Assembly (NCBI GenBank): GCA_964626635.1
Contig: CAZVFY010000001.1
Coordinates: forward strand, 47,782-111,781
Origin: an uncultured Candidatus Saccharibacteria bacterium
Lineage (GTDB): Bacteria > Patescibacteriota > Minisyncoccia > Phycocordibacterales > UBA918
DNA: 64,000 nt
Direction of reading: 5' to 3'
The position numbers were made by a program, and so were the translations under genes. This document shows, in pieces, positions 46,818 to 56,329 of the stretch (position 1 is its first letter; each line of letters starts with the position of its first letter). The notes below the pieces were generated by a model. That model had not been told where the DNA came from, made no database searches, and saw nothing but the letters and a program-made list of their open reading frames with translations.

Positions 46818-49800
46818 TTAGAATGCTGGCGCTGCGATGTAGGCCACATCGGTCGCGTACTCACCGGCTGGTTGGAGCGCTGTCACGCTCGCGCGATAGA
46901 CCACGTCATGGGTGTCGACGGTTTTCTGGGCTGAATACATAATTTCTTGTGGCGTCGTATGAAGTGCCGCGTAAGCATCAGTCGGCGCGAACCGCGTCGA
47001 GCCACCCGACAGCGTGCCGTCAGTGGTGTGATATCCCACACAGCCAGTACCACTGCTAGAACAGGCACTGGCCCATCCAGCCGGCGCATTGTTGGTGCTG
47101 GTGATGTTGGCAATACTGTTACCACGTCCATCGATTAGTCCGCTGCGAGCGTACTTGTACACTCGGTAGCCATCAGTCGCGTTCGTGTCGATTACCAATC
47201 GTTGTGCCGCAATCACATCAGACCCCAGTGGTATTGATCCAAACCGGACGCCGTCGGCTGTCGTCGAAGCTGTTGTCGTGACGCCAGCAGTGGTGGTACC
47301 GCTCGGTACGCCATTAATGGTAAAGGTAAGGTTTGCGCCGTCAGAAACCAGTGAGGGGTAGCTCGCCCCATTGGCGAGCGAGACCGGCCGGCCGCGACCA
47401 ACGTCGTACAGCCGGAAATAGTAGACAATATTGGGGCGCAAGGCGGCTGGACTGATCGTAAACGAGTACTCTTGGGCTGCGCTCGCGGTGTGCGTGTGTC
47501 CGGTGACATACGCTCCAGCGCTATTATGCCGACCACAACCGCTACCGACGCTACTACTACAACTATCGGCACTCGCCAAGAGCGCAGTCGTGATAAGAGT
47601 GTTGTCGGACACAGCACCAGTATCGTAGCACCAGGGATCAGCTAGGGTACAGGTTCCAATCGGATTCAGTGTGTCCGCACTGCTAAAATCCGCCAGTGTT
47701 GAGACTTGCAGCGCGAACTTGGTGTCGACTCCTTCGACGTTTTTGGTTTCTGGTACCACTATTCGCAGCGCTAGTGTCGAAGAAGCACCAATGTCAGTCG
47801 GGGCGGTGTCGGGGTTTGCTCTTGGCTGCACTGGCGTTTCAGTTGCAGAGTCTTGATACCAACGCCACTCGCCAATCGCGGGTGAGAAATCTGCGGTACG
47901 CAACTGCGGATAATGTAAATAGCCGCGCAAGGGTGTCCCGCCACGCTCAACCATGCGGAAACAATATGGTGTATCAATAGCGGCGCCGTTATTTTCAAGA
48001 TACCAATCGTACTCGACCTCCTCTCCGTCAAACACGCGATAGGTATTGGATGCTGTGTCATTCTGCTGCTCGAGCGTACCGGCCACATCCGACACTGACA
48101 ACAGCAACTCACCAGACGTAGGCGGATCAGTCGACAACACATCGCCATCAGTCGTATTTGTCGAAGCATGCCCGCGCCAAATAGTGCTAGCCGCAGTGCC
48201 GCCCACGTCGCTCCAGGTCGCCACGGCACTACAGGTCGTTACCCGCTCGGCAAACTGCAACGTAAAGCGAACGAAGTCTTCGGGCAGGTTCGCGTTGCGC
48301 GCCTCAATTGACATCCGCAAGCGCAACACATCCCCGACGCCTGGCGGTTTATCGAGATCGGTGATCGAGGTATTTTCACCGAGGTCAACAGCCCCCGCTG
48401 GCCACGGATCGCTCGGCGTCAGTTGGTCATTATCGTCGTACCACCGATAGTAGCTTTGCTGGTATTGCAAATCAGCGATTGGCCACTGCACTAATTCGAC
48501 TTGGTAATACAACGTTTCACCAGTATCACTACGCCAAATTGCGTAAGTGGTGGGGTTAATAATTTTAAGGCCAGCAATCGAGCGTGGGTGGGCGTTATTG
48601 GTACCGTCAGCTGCGCTACTACCGAAAATCGACGCATTACTCACCGCTGATAGTGTGTCGGAAATACTGAGTGAAGACAGTAACGGCTCAGAGCCGCCCC
48701 GCATCGAGCCGCTTTGGCGTTCAACTTTCATGGCGCCAGGGCCTGTCTGCGTGTTGGCGATAACCCAGGCGACACCAGTGTGCGTATTGGTCATGTCCGC
48801 GTCGGCTGCGAGGCGGAACGAGACCGCACCGATACTAGACATGAACACTTCGTGTCCATGTGACGCAACCAGTGAATTACCAGTCATGCGCTTTTGCGGG
48901 TGCAAGAATGTCTGGGACAATGCGGGCACCGCGGTGATGCTCGCGGTCTCGGTCGTGCCAGCCTGAGTGTACACATGCTCGACACGATCAATTTGCCAAT
49001 TGAAGCCGGTGTATTCAACCACCGCATAACTGACAAAGGCAGTCACCCCAAGGGTGGCCGCTCGAGTAAATTCTGGTACATCGAGTGTCTCATTCCAGTC
49101 GCTCGTGAACTGCGTCGTATGGAAATCATTGGCCGTGTCGTCTCCCCCAATCCCAGTGATGAATACCACTACATCTGCATCATCTGCAATCGTGACACTT
49201 GGCCCAGCGACGGTGGTATCACCAAGACCAACCGACACCACCCCGACGTCGCGCACGATCATTTCGTTATCGGTGGTAGGTCGACCAATAAATTCAATAA
49301 TCTCCCAATCAATCCTCGTTTCATTAAGGTTTATGTCTCGCGTAAACGTAATACTAGTGTCCAGATTGTCGGGATTCTGAATGTAGGCAGTGACCTCCTC
49401 GACGTCTTGTGAGCCACCGCCATTAATATCGCCGGCTCCAGTGTGATGGGTGTTGGTAATACGAATAAATGCAGTGCCAGTTGCCGCTGGCGGCGTGTAG
49501 TCGGCACCAGCGGTGATGGTCGTATTTAAGCCCGTCAAGACAGTTGTACCACGCTGCGTCTTAAAGTCTTGTTTGGCAGACATAATGATCTGGGGGTATT
49601 GCTCGTAGCCTTCGAGTGCTTCATTATTGGCCACCAGTCGGAAGCAATAGGTGGCTTCGAATGCAGTCGCGTTCGTACTGGTCAAGCTAAACTCATACTC
49701 AATAAAAGTGTCTGCGGCGAGCGAGATTGCGCTCGTGCTGGCCGAAGATTCTCGTACCCCGTCGATACCGACGAACGTGGGTTCCCGGTCTGCGATACCG

Positions 49801-52800
49801 CCGTCTGCAATTGCAATATTGGTAGTTGCCTCATTGTGTGTCAGATTCACAGAATTGTTCATATCCCACTCATCACCAGCTACCGCATTGACCGCAATCC
49901 AAGTGTTTGCCAGAGCACTGCAAGAGCCAACTTGCTCGGCAAACTGTAATTGATACACGGTACTCGGGGCAGTGGCGCTACCGGCGTTGTGTACTCCCAT
50001 ACGTAATCGCACTGGCGTCGTTTGGTCAAAGCCATCAATGGCTGTGTTCTGCGTACCGTTCGTGTATGACGTCGCCCCAGTCTCTGACCCATCGTCGTTA
50101 CGCCAGTGGTAGTTCCCTTGCGTTAGCTCGGCCGCCTCGATCACTGTCGCACCCACCAGTGCAACGGGGGTCGACGGCGAGACTGACGCGCCGCCGGCTG
50201 CCACGTCAGCGGCCGGCGAGTCTATCTGCAGTTCAATTGTTTGGCCGTCCCTAACGCCATCTGCCACATCAGCAACGACGTACACACAGGCGGTCGCCTC
50301 TGTGGTGATGGTGAGAGATCCGCTGAAGGTTGAAGAACCATTTGCCGCTGGAAAACCGTTAGCATCCGTCGCACCAAATTGCGACTCAGTCCCAGCGTAT
50401 GATTCGCTGGCGCAGTTGTATGGGCTGCTGGTATCGAGATCATAAAACAGTGATACATTCGTCAGGTTTTGAGCATCGATCGTTCCTATTTCGGTCAGGG
50501 TCAGACTGCTGATGGTCTGACTCACGGCATTTGATCTGATCGCGAATGTACCGCCGAGGTACTGGCCAGTGCTGGGTGCCGTGAGAGCGGCTGCTTGCGT
50601 ACCGATAGCTGCCACTGATACATCGGCGTTGATCGTGACTTGGGGGTAGTTAGTGTAGGCGATCAGCGGTTCGTTATCTTTGACTAAGCGAAAACAGTAC
50701 GTGTTCCCTTCGACCGCACTGGCGGTAGCTGTCAGCGAGTACTCTAACTCTACAAAATCATTGGTAGTAAGGGTGTAACTACCACTGGTGTCGCTCGTTT
50801 CTAGGACGGCGCTATTAGGCGATCGGAAGTTGGTGTCGGCATCAGTAATCCCACCACTGCCGACAGCAATATTGGTCGTGTCAGATCCATGGGTCAGGTT
50901 TGATGAATCAAACATCGCAAACGCATCACTAGCGGCCCCAACGGCAACCCAACCGGTGACGAGGTCGCAAGTGGTGGCCGCTTCGGCAAATTGCAGTTGG
51001 AAGGATCCTGAATCGCTCGTGACAGACCCTTCGTTTGACACCCCGACGCGCAGTCGCAGTTGACCACTCGGTGTCAGCGATGAAAATCGCGTGTTCTCAG
51101 CCCCGCCAGTTAGAGATGTGGCGGTTGTTTCTGAACCGTTGTCACTCCGCCAATGGAAGTTGGTCTGGGTTACATCAGCGCCGACCAAGGCGGTCGTCCC
51201 AGTGATGGCTACTGGGCTGGCAGGAAACGCATCGCTACCGGTCACTCCAATATCAACTGTTGGGTCAGTAATCTGCACAGTAAACGTTTCCCCGTCCGGC
51301 GCCAGGCGGGTGGTATCAGTGATAACATAGCCACAAAATGTCGCTGTGGGACTGATGATCACCGCTGCTCCACCAAACGTCACCGTCCCGTCAGCTGCGA
51401 ACCCGTCTGTGGCAGTAGCACCAAACTGGACTTCGGTGCCGGCGTACGACTCGCTTTCGCAGTTGTAGGGACTAGTGATATCGAGCTCGTAAAATAGTTT
51501 GACGTTCTCGAACGCTGCGCCGACGGCATTAGTGCCCGTTGCGGTTACCGTAATACTTGATAAGGTATTGGTAAATAGACTGCTGATGGCGATCGCGCCA
51601 CCGACGTACAGATCAGCACGCTCGGCCCGTAACAGTGTGACTTGCGAACCAGTGGTGCTGACAACTGTGTCAGGGCCGATGTTGTCGAGCGTCTCGCCGA
51701 ACCGATCGTCCGTCGCTGCTTCCCACCAAGTAACATAGAGTCGTTCGGTGTTACTCGGATCAAGGGCGGGTTTGCGAATATCGCCAGCGGTGGTATTAAC
51801 TGGGCCCTCTTCCCCACCCCAGCTTGTCATGGCGTCAGTCGACCGCTGCCAGTATATATTGGCAGAACTAGCCGTACCGCCGGTGTCTTGGACTGTATAC
51901 GCAGCGTACACATTGCCATTATTTTGATCGATTGCTAATGACACATCGACAATACCGCGACCAGTTGCATTGCTGAGGACGTTGGCCATTTGCGACCAAC
52001 TGCTGCCATCATAGACGGCGGTTTTAATGTCATCATTGTTATCATTTAGAAAATTGTGATCCGTCACATACGCGAGATAGATGTGTCCATTGCTATGATT
52101 GATCATGCCTGACATACCACCATCGTACTCAGTACTTTCGGCAATGCCTGAGTCAATGGTTGTCCAAGTGCTTGACCAGCTGCTGCCATCCCAAATTTTG
52201 CTGCGTAGCGTGTTGGCCGATACATCGCGATTAATTAACATGATGTCGTCGTTATCAAGCGGCAACAGCAGCGTCGGGTCAGGGCTATTATCGAGTGGAT
52301 TGGTACCAGCTTCGACCCAATTCGAACCGGTGTTGCAGTTGGCTGTACAGCGCAAGACATAAGACTCGATCGGGCTATTGTTCGGCTGATTGTCAGTCAC
52401 CGCTGCGTACAACACTCCGTCCGTACCTTTGGTAAGCGTTTGTAAGTTTGCGGCTGAACTGAATGTCGTGACCTGTCCGGTCGGGCTCGAAATGTTGATC
52501 GGGCTGGTGCCGAGGAGTCGCGTGTCGGTCGATGTATCCAGCCGATTATAGAACAGACTGTCGGTATTGGTGTCCATGGTCAGGATGTGAATGTTGCTGC
52601 CAGTATCGTCAGGCGTCCAGCCGTCGTACCAGACCACAATCCTGATGCAGTCAGACTGAGCGTCCACTACTACCGCACTTGACCAAGTGGCACCGGCATC
52701 GGTTGACTTGCTGTAGACACAGCCACCATTGCGATCCCGATAAAACGCGTACCCAGTTTGATCAGTTATAAATACCGTTTGCGCCCCAGTGCTGTTGTTG

Positions 52801-52964
52801 GTGCGAGCTGTTGTACTAGTGTTGTCATCGATGATCACGACCGCTGCTCGAGCAAGTGGCACCCCACCGAACACACCCAGTCCCAGCAACTCGAGAATAA
52901 GTGCAGCAATAATACTGCCACTAACACAGTAGCGTACACAGGGAAAAAAGCGCAGTACATCCAT
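46818..52964 (-). CDS. Giant secreted protein: N-terminal BNR/Asp-box (sialidase-like) beta-propeller region plus four copies of an unrecognised ~190-aa Cys-pair repeat
   Basis: 2048 aa. Signal/TM N-terminus. Asp-box-like SKSTDAGATWS, QRSTDAMTSWG, DGSSWSS(T/Q). Repeats start (F/Y)HWR.DDGSE and end YCFR(L/M)V...Y.(N/Q)YPQ. Confidence 0.7.
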   Translation of the reverse strand: MDVLRFFPCVRYCVSGSIIAALILELLGLGVFGGVPLARAAVVIIDDNTSTTARTNNSTGAQTVFITDQTGYAFYRDRNGGCVYSKSTDAGATWSSAVVVDAQSDCIRIVVWYDGWTPDDTGSNIHILTMDTNTDSLFYNRLDTSTDTRLLGTSPINISSPTGQVTTFSSAANLQTLTKGTDGVLYAAVTDNQPNNSPIESYVLRCTANCNTGSNWVEAGTNPLDNSPDPTLLLPLDNDDIMLINRDVSANTLRSKIWDGSSWSSTWTTIDSGIAESTEYDGGMSGMINHSNGHIYLAYVTDHNFLNDNNDDIKTAVYDGSSWSQMANVLSNATGRGIVDVSLAIDQNNGNVYAAYTVQDTGGTASSANIYWQRSTDAMTSWGGEEGPVNTTAGDIRKPALDPSNTERLYVTWWEAATDDRFGETLDNIGPDTVVSTTGSQVTLLRAERADLYVGGAIAISSLFTNTLSSITVTATGTNAVGAAFENVKLFYELDITSPYNCESESYAGTEVQFGATATDGFAADGTVTFGGAAVIISPTATFCGYVITDTTRLAPDGETFTVQITDPTVDIGVTGSDAFPASPVAITGTTALVGADVTQTNFHWRSDNGSETTATSLTGGAENTRFSSLTPSGQLRLRVGVSNEGSVTSDSGSFQLQFAEAATTCDLVTGWVAVGAASDAFAMFDSSNLTHGSDTTNIAVGSGGITDADTNFRSPNSAVLETSDTSGSYTLTTNDFVELEYSLTATASAVEGNTYCFRLVKDNEPLIAYTNYPQVTINADVSVAAIGTQAAALTAPSTGQYLGGTFAIRSNAVSQTISSLTLTEIGTIDAQNLTNVSLFYDLDTSSPYNCASESYAGTESQFGATDANGFPAANGSSTFSGSLTITTEATACVYVVADVADGVRDGQTIELQIDSPAADVAAGGASVSPSTPVALVGATVIEAAELTQGNYHWRNDDGSETGATSYTNGTQNTAIDGFDQTTPVRLRMGVHNAGSATAPSTVYQLQFAEQVGSCSALANTWIAVNAVAGDEWDMNNSVNLTHNEATTNIAIADGGIADREPTFVGIDGVRESSASTSAISLAADTFIEYEFSLTSTNATAFEATYCFRLVANNEALEGYEQYPQIIMSAKQDFKTQRGTTVLTGLNTTITAGADYTPPAATGTAFIRITNTHHTGAGDINGGGSQDVEEVTAYIQNPDNLDTSITFTRDINLNETRIDWEIIEFIGRPTTDNEMIVRDVGVVSVGLGDTTVAGPSVTIADDADVVVFITGIGGDDTANDFHTTQFTSDWNETLDVPEFTRAATLGVTAFVSYAVVEYTGFNWQIDRVEHVYTQAGTTETASITAVPALSQTFLHPQKRMTGNSLVASHGHEVFMSSIGAVSFRLAADADMTNTHTGVAWVIANTQTGPGAMKVERQSGSMRGGSEPLLSSLSISDTLSAVSNASIFGSSAADGTNNAHPRSIAGLKIINPTTYAIWRSDTGETLYYQVELVQWPIADLQYQQSYYRWYDDNDQLTPSDPWPAGAVDLGENTSITDLDKPPGVGDVLRLRMSIEARNANLPEDFVRFTLQFAERVTTCSAVATWSDVGGTAASTIWRGHASTNTTDGDVLSTDPPTSGELLLSVSDVAGTLEQQNDTASNTYRVFDGEEVEYDWYLENNGAAIDTPYCFRMVERGGTPLRGYLHYPQLRTADFSPAIGEWRWYQDSATETPVQPRANPDTAPTDIGASSTLALRIVVPETKNVEGVDTKFALQVSTLADFSSADTLNPIGTCTLADPWCYDTGAVSDNTLITTALLASADSCSSSVGSGCGRHNSAGAYVTGHTHTASAAQEYSFTISPAALRPNIVYYFRLYDVGRGRPVSLANGASYPSLVSDGANLTFTINGVPSGTTTAGVTTTASTTADGVRFGSIPLGSDVIAAQRLVIDTNATDGYRVYKYARSGLIDGRGNSIANITSTNNAPAGWASACSSSGTGCVGYHTTDGTLSGGSTRFAPTDAYAALHTTPQEIMYSAQKTVDTHDVVYRASVTALQPAGEYATDVAYIAAPAF
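47340..48467. repeat. Two further diverged B-type repeat copies (B3 ~47895-48467; B4 ~47340-47873)
   Basis: Boundaries approximate. B3: YYRWYDDNDQ...LRLRMSIEARN...FTLQFAERVTTC...YCFRMVERGG...YLHYPQL. B4: WRWYQDSATE...LALRIVVPE...FALQVSTLADF...YYFRLYDVG...SYPSL. Confidence 0.45.
49575..50567. repeat. Intragenic supra-repeat copy 2 (A2 + B2 modules, residues ~800-1130)
   Basis: Boundaries approximate. A2 (FYDLDTSSPYNCASESYAGTESQFGATDANGF...) and B2 (GNYHWRNDDGSETGATSYTNG...YCFRLVANNEALEGYEQYPQI). Confidence 0.5.
50625..51602. repeat. Intragenic supra-repeat copy 1 (A1 + B1 modules, residues ~455-780 of the giant protein)
   Basis: Boundaries approximate. A1 (FYELDITSPYNCESESYAGTEVQFGATATDGF...) and B1 (TNFHWRSDNGSETTATSLTGG...YCFRLVKDNEPLIAYTNYPQV) are repeated in copy 2. 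Confidence 0.5.
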
Positions 52965-52996
52965 AACTCCGATATGCTCATTGTACCTTGAAGTGA

Positions 52997-54784
52997 TCAG
53001 TGCGTTGGTGTGCGTTGTGTACTAGATGCTTGATCTATTGGTGATTTAACAGCGCTATCGTCTGCGGCGAGACTAACGGAGGTGCTGGCAGAAAGATCCA
53101 GCTCGTATTCTGTCGTCACCGTGGTAGTGCTTGCGGGCTGCGCGACCCGCAGATCGAGAGTGCTCGGGCTACTAGTGGACGCCGGGCTACTGGTGACCGG
53201 ATCGCTTGTGTCGATTTCAGGCGTACTTGTGGAGGTCGTATCGTCAGTGCCTTGTACCTCTTTTTCTTGAATTTCAAGATCTTGTTCCATGGTGCTGCCG
53301 GTAAGCGCTAATGGTTGTCCAACCGGATCAGGGTTCGGCAATTCGCGCGCCGGAAGAGCTGGCTGAGCTCCCAGGGCAATTTGCTCACCGGTGGCAATGT
53401 CGACTGCTCGGGTGATACGGTCACCATTTTCAACCGTGTTGTATACGAGCGCAACACGCGGATTCTCGACCATTGCACCAGTCGGGTCGTCAATGTAGGT
53501 GAGCTGTTTGGTGTTGATATTGTAGGTGGCAATACTGCGCTGTACGTCAGACGAGAGATGAGTCCAAACGACTAAATCACCGGTGATATCAGGTGCAATA
53601 TTATCGGTATTAGATTGAGAAATAACTTCGGTGGTCCCGTCCCGAGCCAACACTATTTCCCAGCCAACGCCGGACCAACGCTGCCACACGGTATACGCTC
53701 CAGCCCGACTCGGTGAGAGATTATTGACGCGATCGCTGGTGAGATACGTTTCGGTATTGTTCGCAATATCGTACGCCACGATTTGGTAACGATCCTGCTG
53801 TAGTCGTTGCCAGACTACAGTGTTAGACAGTGGATCGTAGTGCGGAGCTTGGTCGTCATATGAGTTAAAAGTGATTTGCGTCCGTTCCTCATCAAGATAC
53901 AGTACGATCTCGGTATCTCCCTCGGTGTCAATCTCGGCGAACACGGTATCAGCAATGGTCGGCTCAGTTGTACCTACCTGACAAAAGAATGTTCCGCCAC
54001 CAGTTTCGACACAACGCTGCGGATCAAAACGAAGCTCGTTAGAGGACTGCTGCACAAACGTCATATCTTGGTCTATTTCAGTGTCGGTGCTAGTGGCAAT
54101 GTCGACCGATGGGAACTCATTGACTGAAACAGCTGCAGTGTCCGTTGCGGTCTGCGTTTCTGGTCTTGCGGAGACGATTGGTTCAGCACTGTCATTGACT
54201 GAGTCCTCAGCTGCATTTGTAGTGTTATTTGTACGTAAGTTTGTGGTTGTCGCCCTGTTCGCGTTTGAAGCTGCAGTGGGGGCGGCGTCAGCCACAGCAG
54301 CCGCAGTCTCGTCTGCAGTTTGGTCATCGACTGACTCTCCGAACGTGCTTGTATTGCCACCCTCTTGAACATTAGTTGGTTCTGTTTCGTCTACAATTTC
54401 GGTGGTTTGTTGTATAGATTCTGCAGTTTGGGAAGGCTGTGTATTCGGTTCAGTAACCTTATCAAGAGTGGATTCGGTGGTGACTAATTCGTCGTTACTT
54501 GCGGTAGGTTCTGCTATCACAGCCTCGGGCATCTCTTCAGGACTAACTGTTTCAGGCGCTGATGTAGGAGTATCTGATGGCGCAGGTACAGTTTTATTGG
54601 TGTCTGCTGCTACGACGGAATCATCGCTATCGGCATAGGCGGGCTGAGCATAAAGCGATGTTATCACACTCAGAATTAGCCCGATTGCTACGGCCCGAAT
54701 TATAAACTGCAACCAGGAAGAAACTGTCGATACCTCTGATATCTGGGCTGCCTCGTCTAATTTATATCGGTATTCACTTTTCAT
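52997..54784 (-). CDS. Secreted/membrane-anchored protein with acidic linker and a PD40/TolB-like beta-propeller-type C-terminal domain
   Basis: 595 aa. N-terminal TM/signal, long Thr/Glu/Asp/Ala-rich low-complexity spacer, repeated ...VW.R......YQIV.YD / VVWTHL... blade-like segments. Confidence 0.45.
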   Translation of the reverse strand: MKSEYRYKLDEAAQISEVSTVSSWLQFIIRAVAIGLILSVITSLYAQPAYADSDDSVVAADTNKTVPAPSDTPTSAPETVSPEEMPEAVIAEPTASNDELVTTESTLDKVTEPNTQPSQTAESIQQTTEIVDETEPTNVQEGGNTSTFGESVDDQTADETAAAVADAAPTAASNANRATTTNLRTNNTTNAAEDSVNDSAEPIVSARPETQTATDTAAVSVNEFPSVDIATSTDTEIDQDMTFVQQSSNELRFDPQRCVETGGGTFFCQVGTTEPTIADTVFAEIDTEGDTEIVLYLDEERTQITFNSYDDQAPHYDPLSNTVVWQRLQQDRYQIVAYDIANNTETYLTSDRVNNLSPSRAGAYTVWQRWSGVGWEIVLARDGTTEVISQSNTDNIAPDITGDLVVWTHLSSDVQRSIATYNINTKQLTYIDDPTGAMVENPRVALVYNTVENGDRITRAVDIATGEQIALGAQPALPARELPNPDPVGQPLALTGSTMEQDLEIQEKEVQGTDDTTSTSTPEIDTSDPVTSSPASTSSPSTLDLRVAQPASTTTVTTEYELDLSASTSVSLAADDSAVKSPIDQASSTQRTPTH

Positions 54785-54875
54785 CTCTAAAAGACACCAA
54801 ACAAATGGCGTATGTTTCCCTCACACCCTAATGGTAACACCAAGCTAAATGCTTTGCTGACCCTATTAACATTAC

Positions 54876-55616
54876 TTACTGCATGAAATAGCTCGCTAAA
54901 ATGATCGAAAAGTCCCTGAATGTCATCCGGTTATCGCCATCAAAATCCAGCGTTCTACTCTGACTGCTCCAAGCGCCCATAAAAGCACTGATGTCCCGCA
55001 GCGTCACCTGCCCGTCGCCATTTACATCAGTCGGCAGCTGTGCAAGCACGGCAGCCTCAATTGATTCGGAGTCTTCTGGGTCATACGCGATTAGCGTAAG
55101 TGCTCCTTCGTCCTGAGCGGCCGTGACAGCGGTTCCTTGCCCGTCTCCGGCAAATAATTGCACGTCATTCAGTTCAATATCACCAGCGCCAGTATTGATC
55201 ACTCGTAAATTTACCTCGATGATTTCGTGCGCACCAATAAAACCACGTCGGTACGTCCCTCCGGAGATGACTATTTCACCGTTGCGAGCTTCGGGTTCTT
55301 CGGTCCAGAGCGTAATGACAGATGAGCCTCGATTAATGTTGAAAACTTCAAATACCCCAGTATCAAAAGATAGGGTGGCCTCGACGGCATTAATTGGTAC
55401 CGTGGCATTCGCGCGCACTAATATCGGCACAATCTCACCCATGCTGACGACTTGTGTTGGAGTTGAGACCACCACCGTTGAACCTTGACTGCCACTAGTC
55501 AATGCCAGCGCTGACGCGATTGCTACTGACCCCAGCACCGTTGGAAATACGTAGCGCACCGTTCGACTTCGTTGGCGCCGGAATATGAAACTAAATCGCT
55601 GCAGGAACTGGCGCAT
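54876..55616 (-). CDS. Cohesin-like domain protein with C-terminal dockerin (type I-like duplicated Ca-binding segment)
   Basis: 246 aa. Signal/TM, then a cohesin-like block (PINAVEATLSFDTGVFEV...SSVITLW...GEIVISGG). C-terminal DVNGDGQVTLRD...DFDGDNRMTFRD dockerin repeats. Confidence 0.6.
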   Translation of the reverse strand: MRQFLQRFSFIFRRQRSRTVRYVFPTVLGSVAIASALALTSGSQGSTVVVSTPTQVVSMGEIVPILVRANATVPINAVEATLSFDTGVFEVFNINRGSSVITLWTEEPEARNGEIVISGGTYRRGFIGAHEIIEVNLRVINTGAGDIELNDVQLFAGDGQGTAVTAAQDEGALTLIAYDPEDSESIEAAVLAQLPTDVNGDGQVTLRDISAFMGAWSSQSRTLDFDGDNRMTFRDFSIILASYFMQ

Positions 55617-55621
55617 ACCGA

Positions 55622-56320
55622 TTATAATGAGGTTAATTGTTGTCGCAGTGTATCGGTCTGTGTTTTTGCTAACTCTAATCCATCTCGGGCGTCTTGTACC
55701 CGACCCAATATAGCCACAATTGACTCAGAAGTGATGGTGTCTCCGGCCCGTAGTGCCGTGATGATTTCACCCTGTAGCCGCACGAGATCCGTAAACAATA
55801 CCTGCTGCGTTTGCTCTAGCTCAACCAGTTGTTCCCACTTAGCAATAGGTAGCGAGTATTCGTCTGACCCTTGCAGCGTGCGCAACTGGTCGGCGTACTG
55901 GGCCAGTATCTCTGTTTCGCGGTCTAATCTGGCTACCATTGCTGCTTTGCGCTCGGCATTAAATCCACCACAACGACTATGCAACTGCTCTACTTCGGCC
56001 AATTCGGCTGCATTCAATCCTCGGTCAAGTGAGCTCAGTAGACTGTTATAGCGACTGAGTTCTTGCATTGGGCAGTTTTGCACAATTGATTCCGTGACAG
56101 CATCAGCGCCATTGCGGGCTGTTATTTCGGCGATGCTAGACACCAACGCCAACTGGCCTAACAATTGATTCTGGATCACTTGCTCGGTCGCTTCGAGACG
56201 ATGGTTGGCGATGAACATTGCGATTACATACGCGATCAATAGTCCGCCGAGCAAGAATAACCAGGCTGTATAGCGATGTTTGTTTGCCTGACTAGTGTGC
56301 GACTGTGATGAATCTTGCAT
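55622..56320 (-). CDS. Membrane-anchored coiled-coil protein
   Basis: 232 aa. TM (WLFLLGGLLIAYVIAMFI), then heptad-rich Leu/Gln/Glu sequence. Confidence 0.4.
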   Translation of the reverse strand: MQDSSQSHTSQANKHRYTAWLFLLGGLLIAYVIAMFIANHRLEATEQVIQNQLLGQLALVSSIAEITARNGADAVTESIVQNCPMQELSRYNSLLSSLDRGLNAAELAEVEQLHSRCGGFNAERKAAMVARLDRETEILAQYADQLRTLQGSDEYSLPIAKWEQLVELEQTQQVLFTDLVRLQGEIITALRAGDTITSESIVAILGRVQDARDGLELAKTQTDTLRQQLTSL

Positions 56321-56329
56321 AATAATGTA

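Noticed and set aside
46883-52362. Many 60-170-aa plus-strand ORFs (e.g. 48547..48966, 48894..49412, 49569..49949) inside the giant gene
   Set aside because: All are embedded antisense in the 6.1-kb minus-strand ORF. Their composition is the mirror of the Thr/Gly/Ser-rich coding strand. Similar shadows occur inside leuS, uvrA, uvrB, the RND permease and other long genes.
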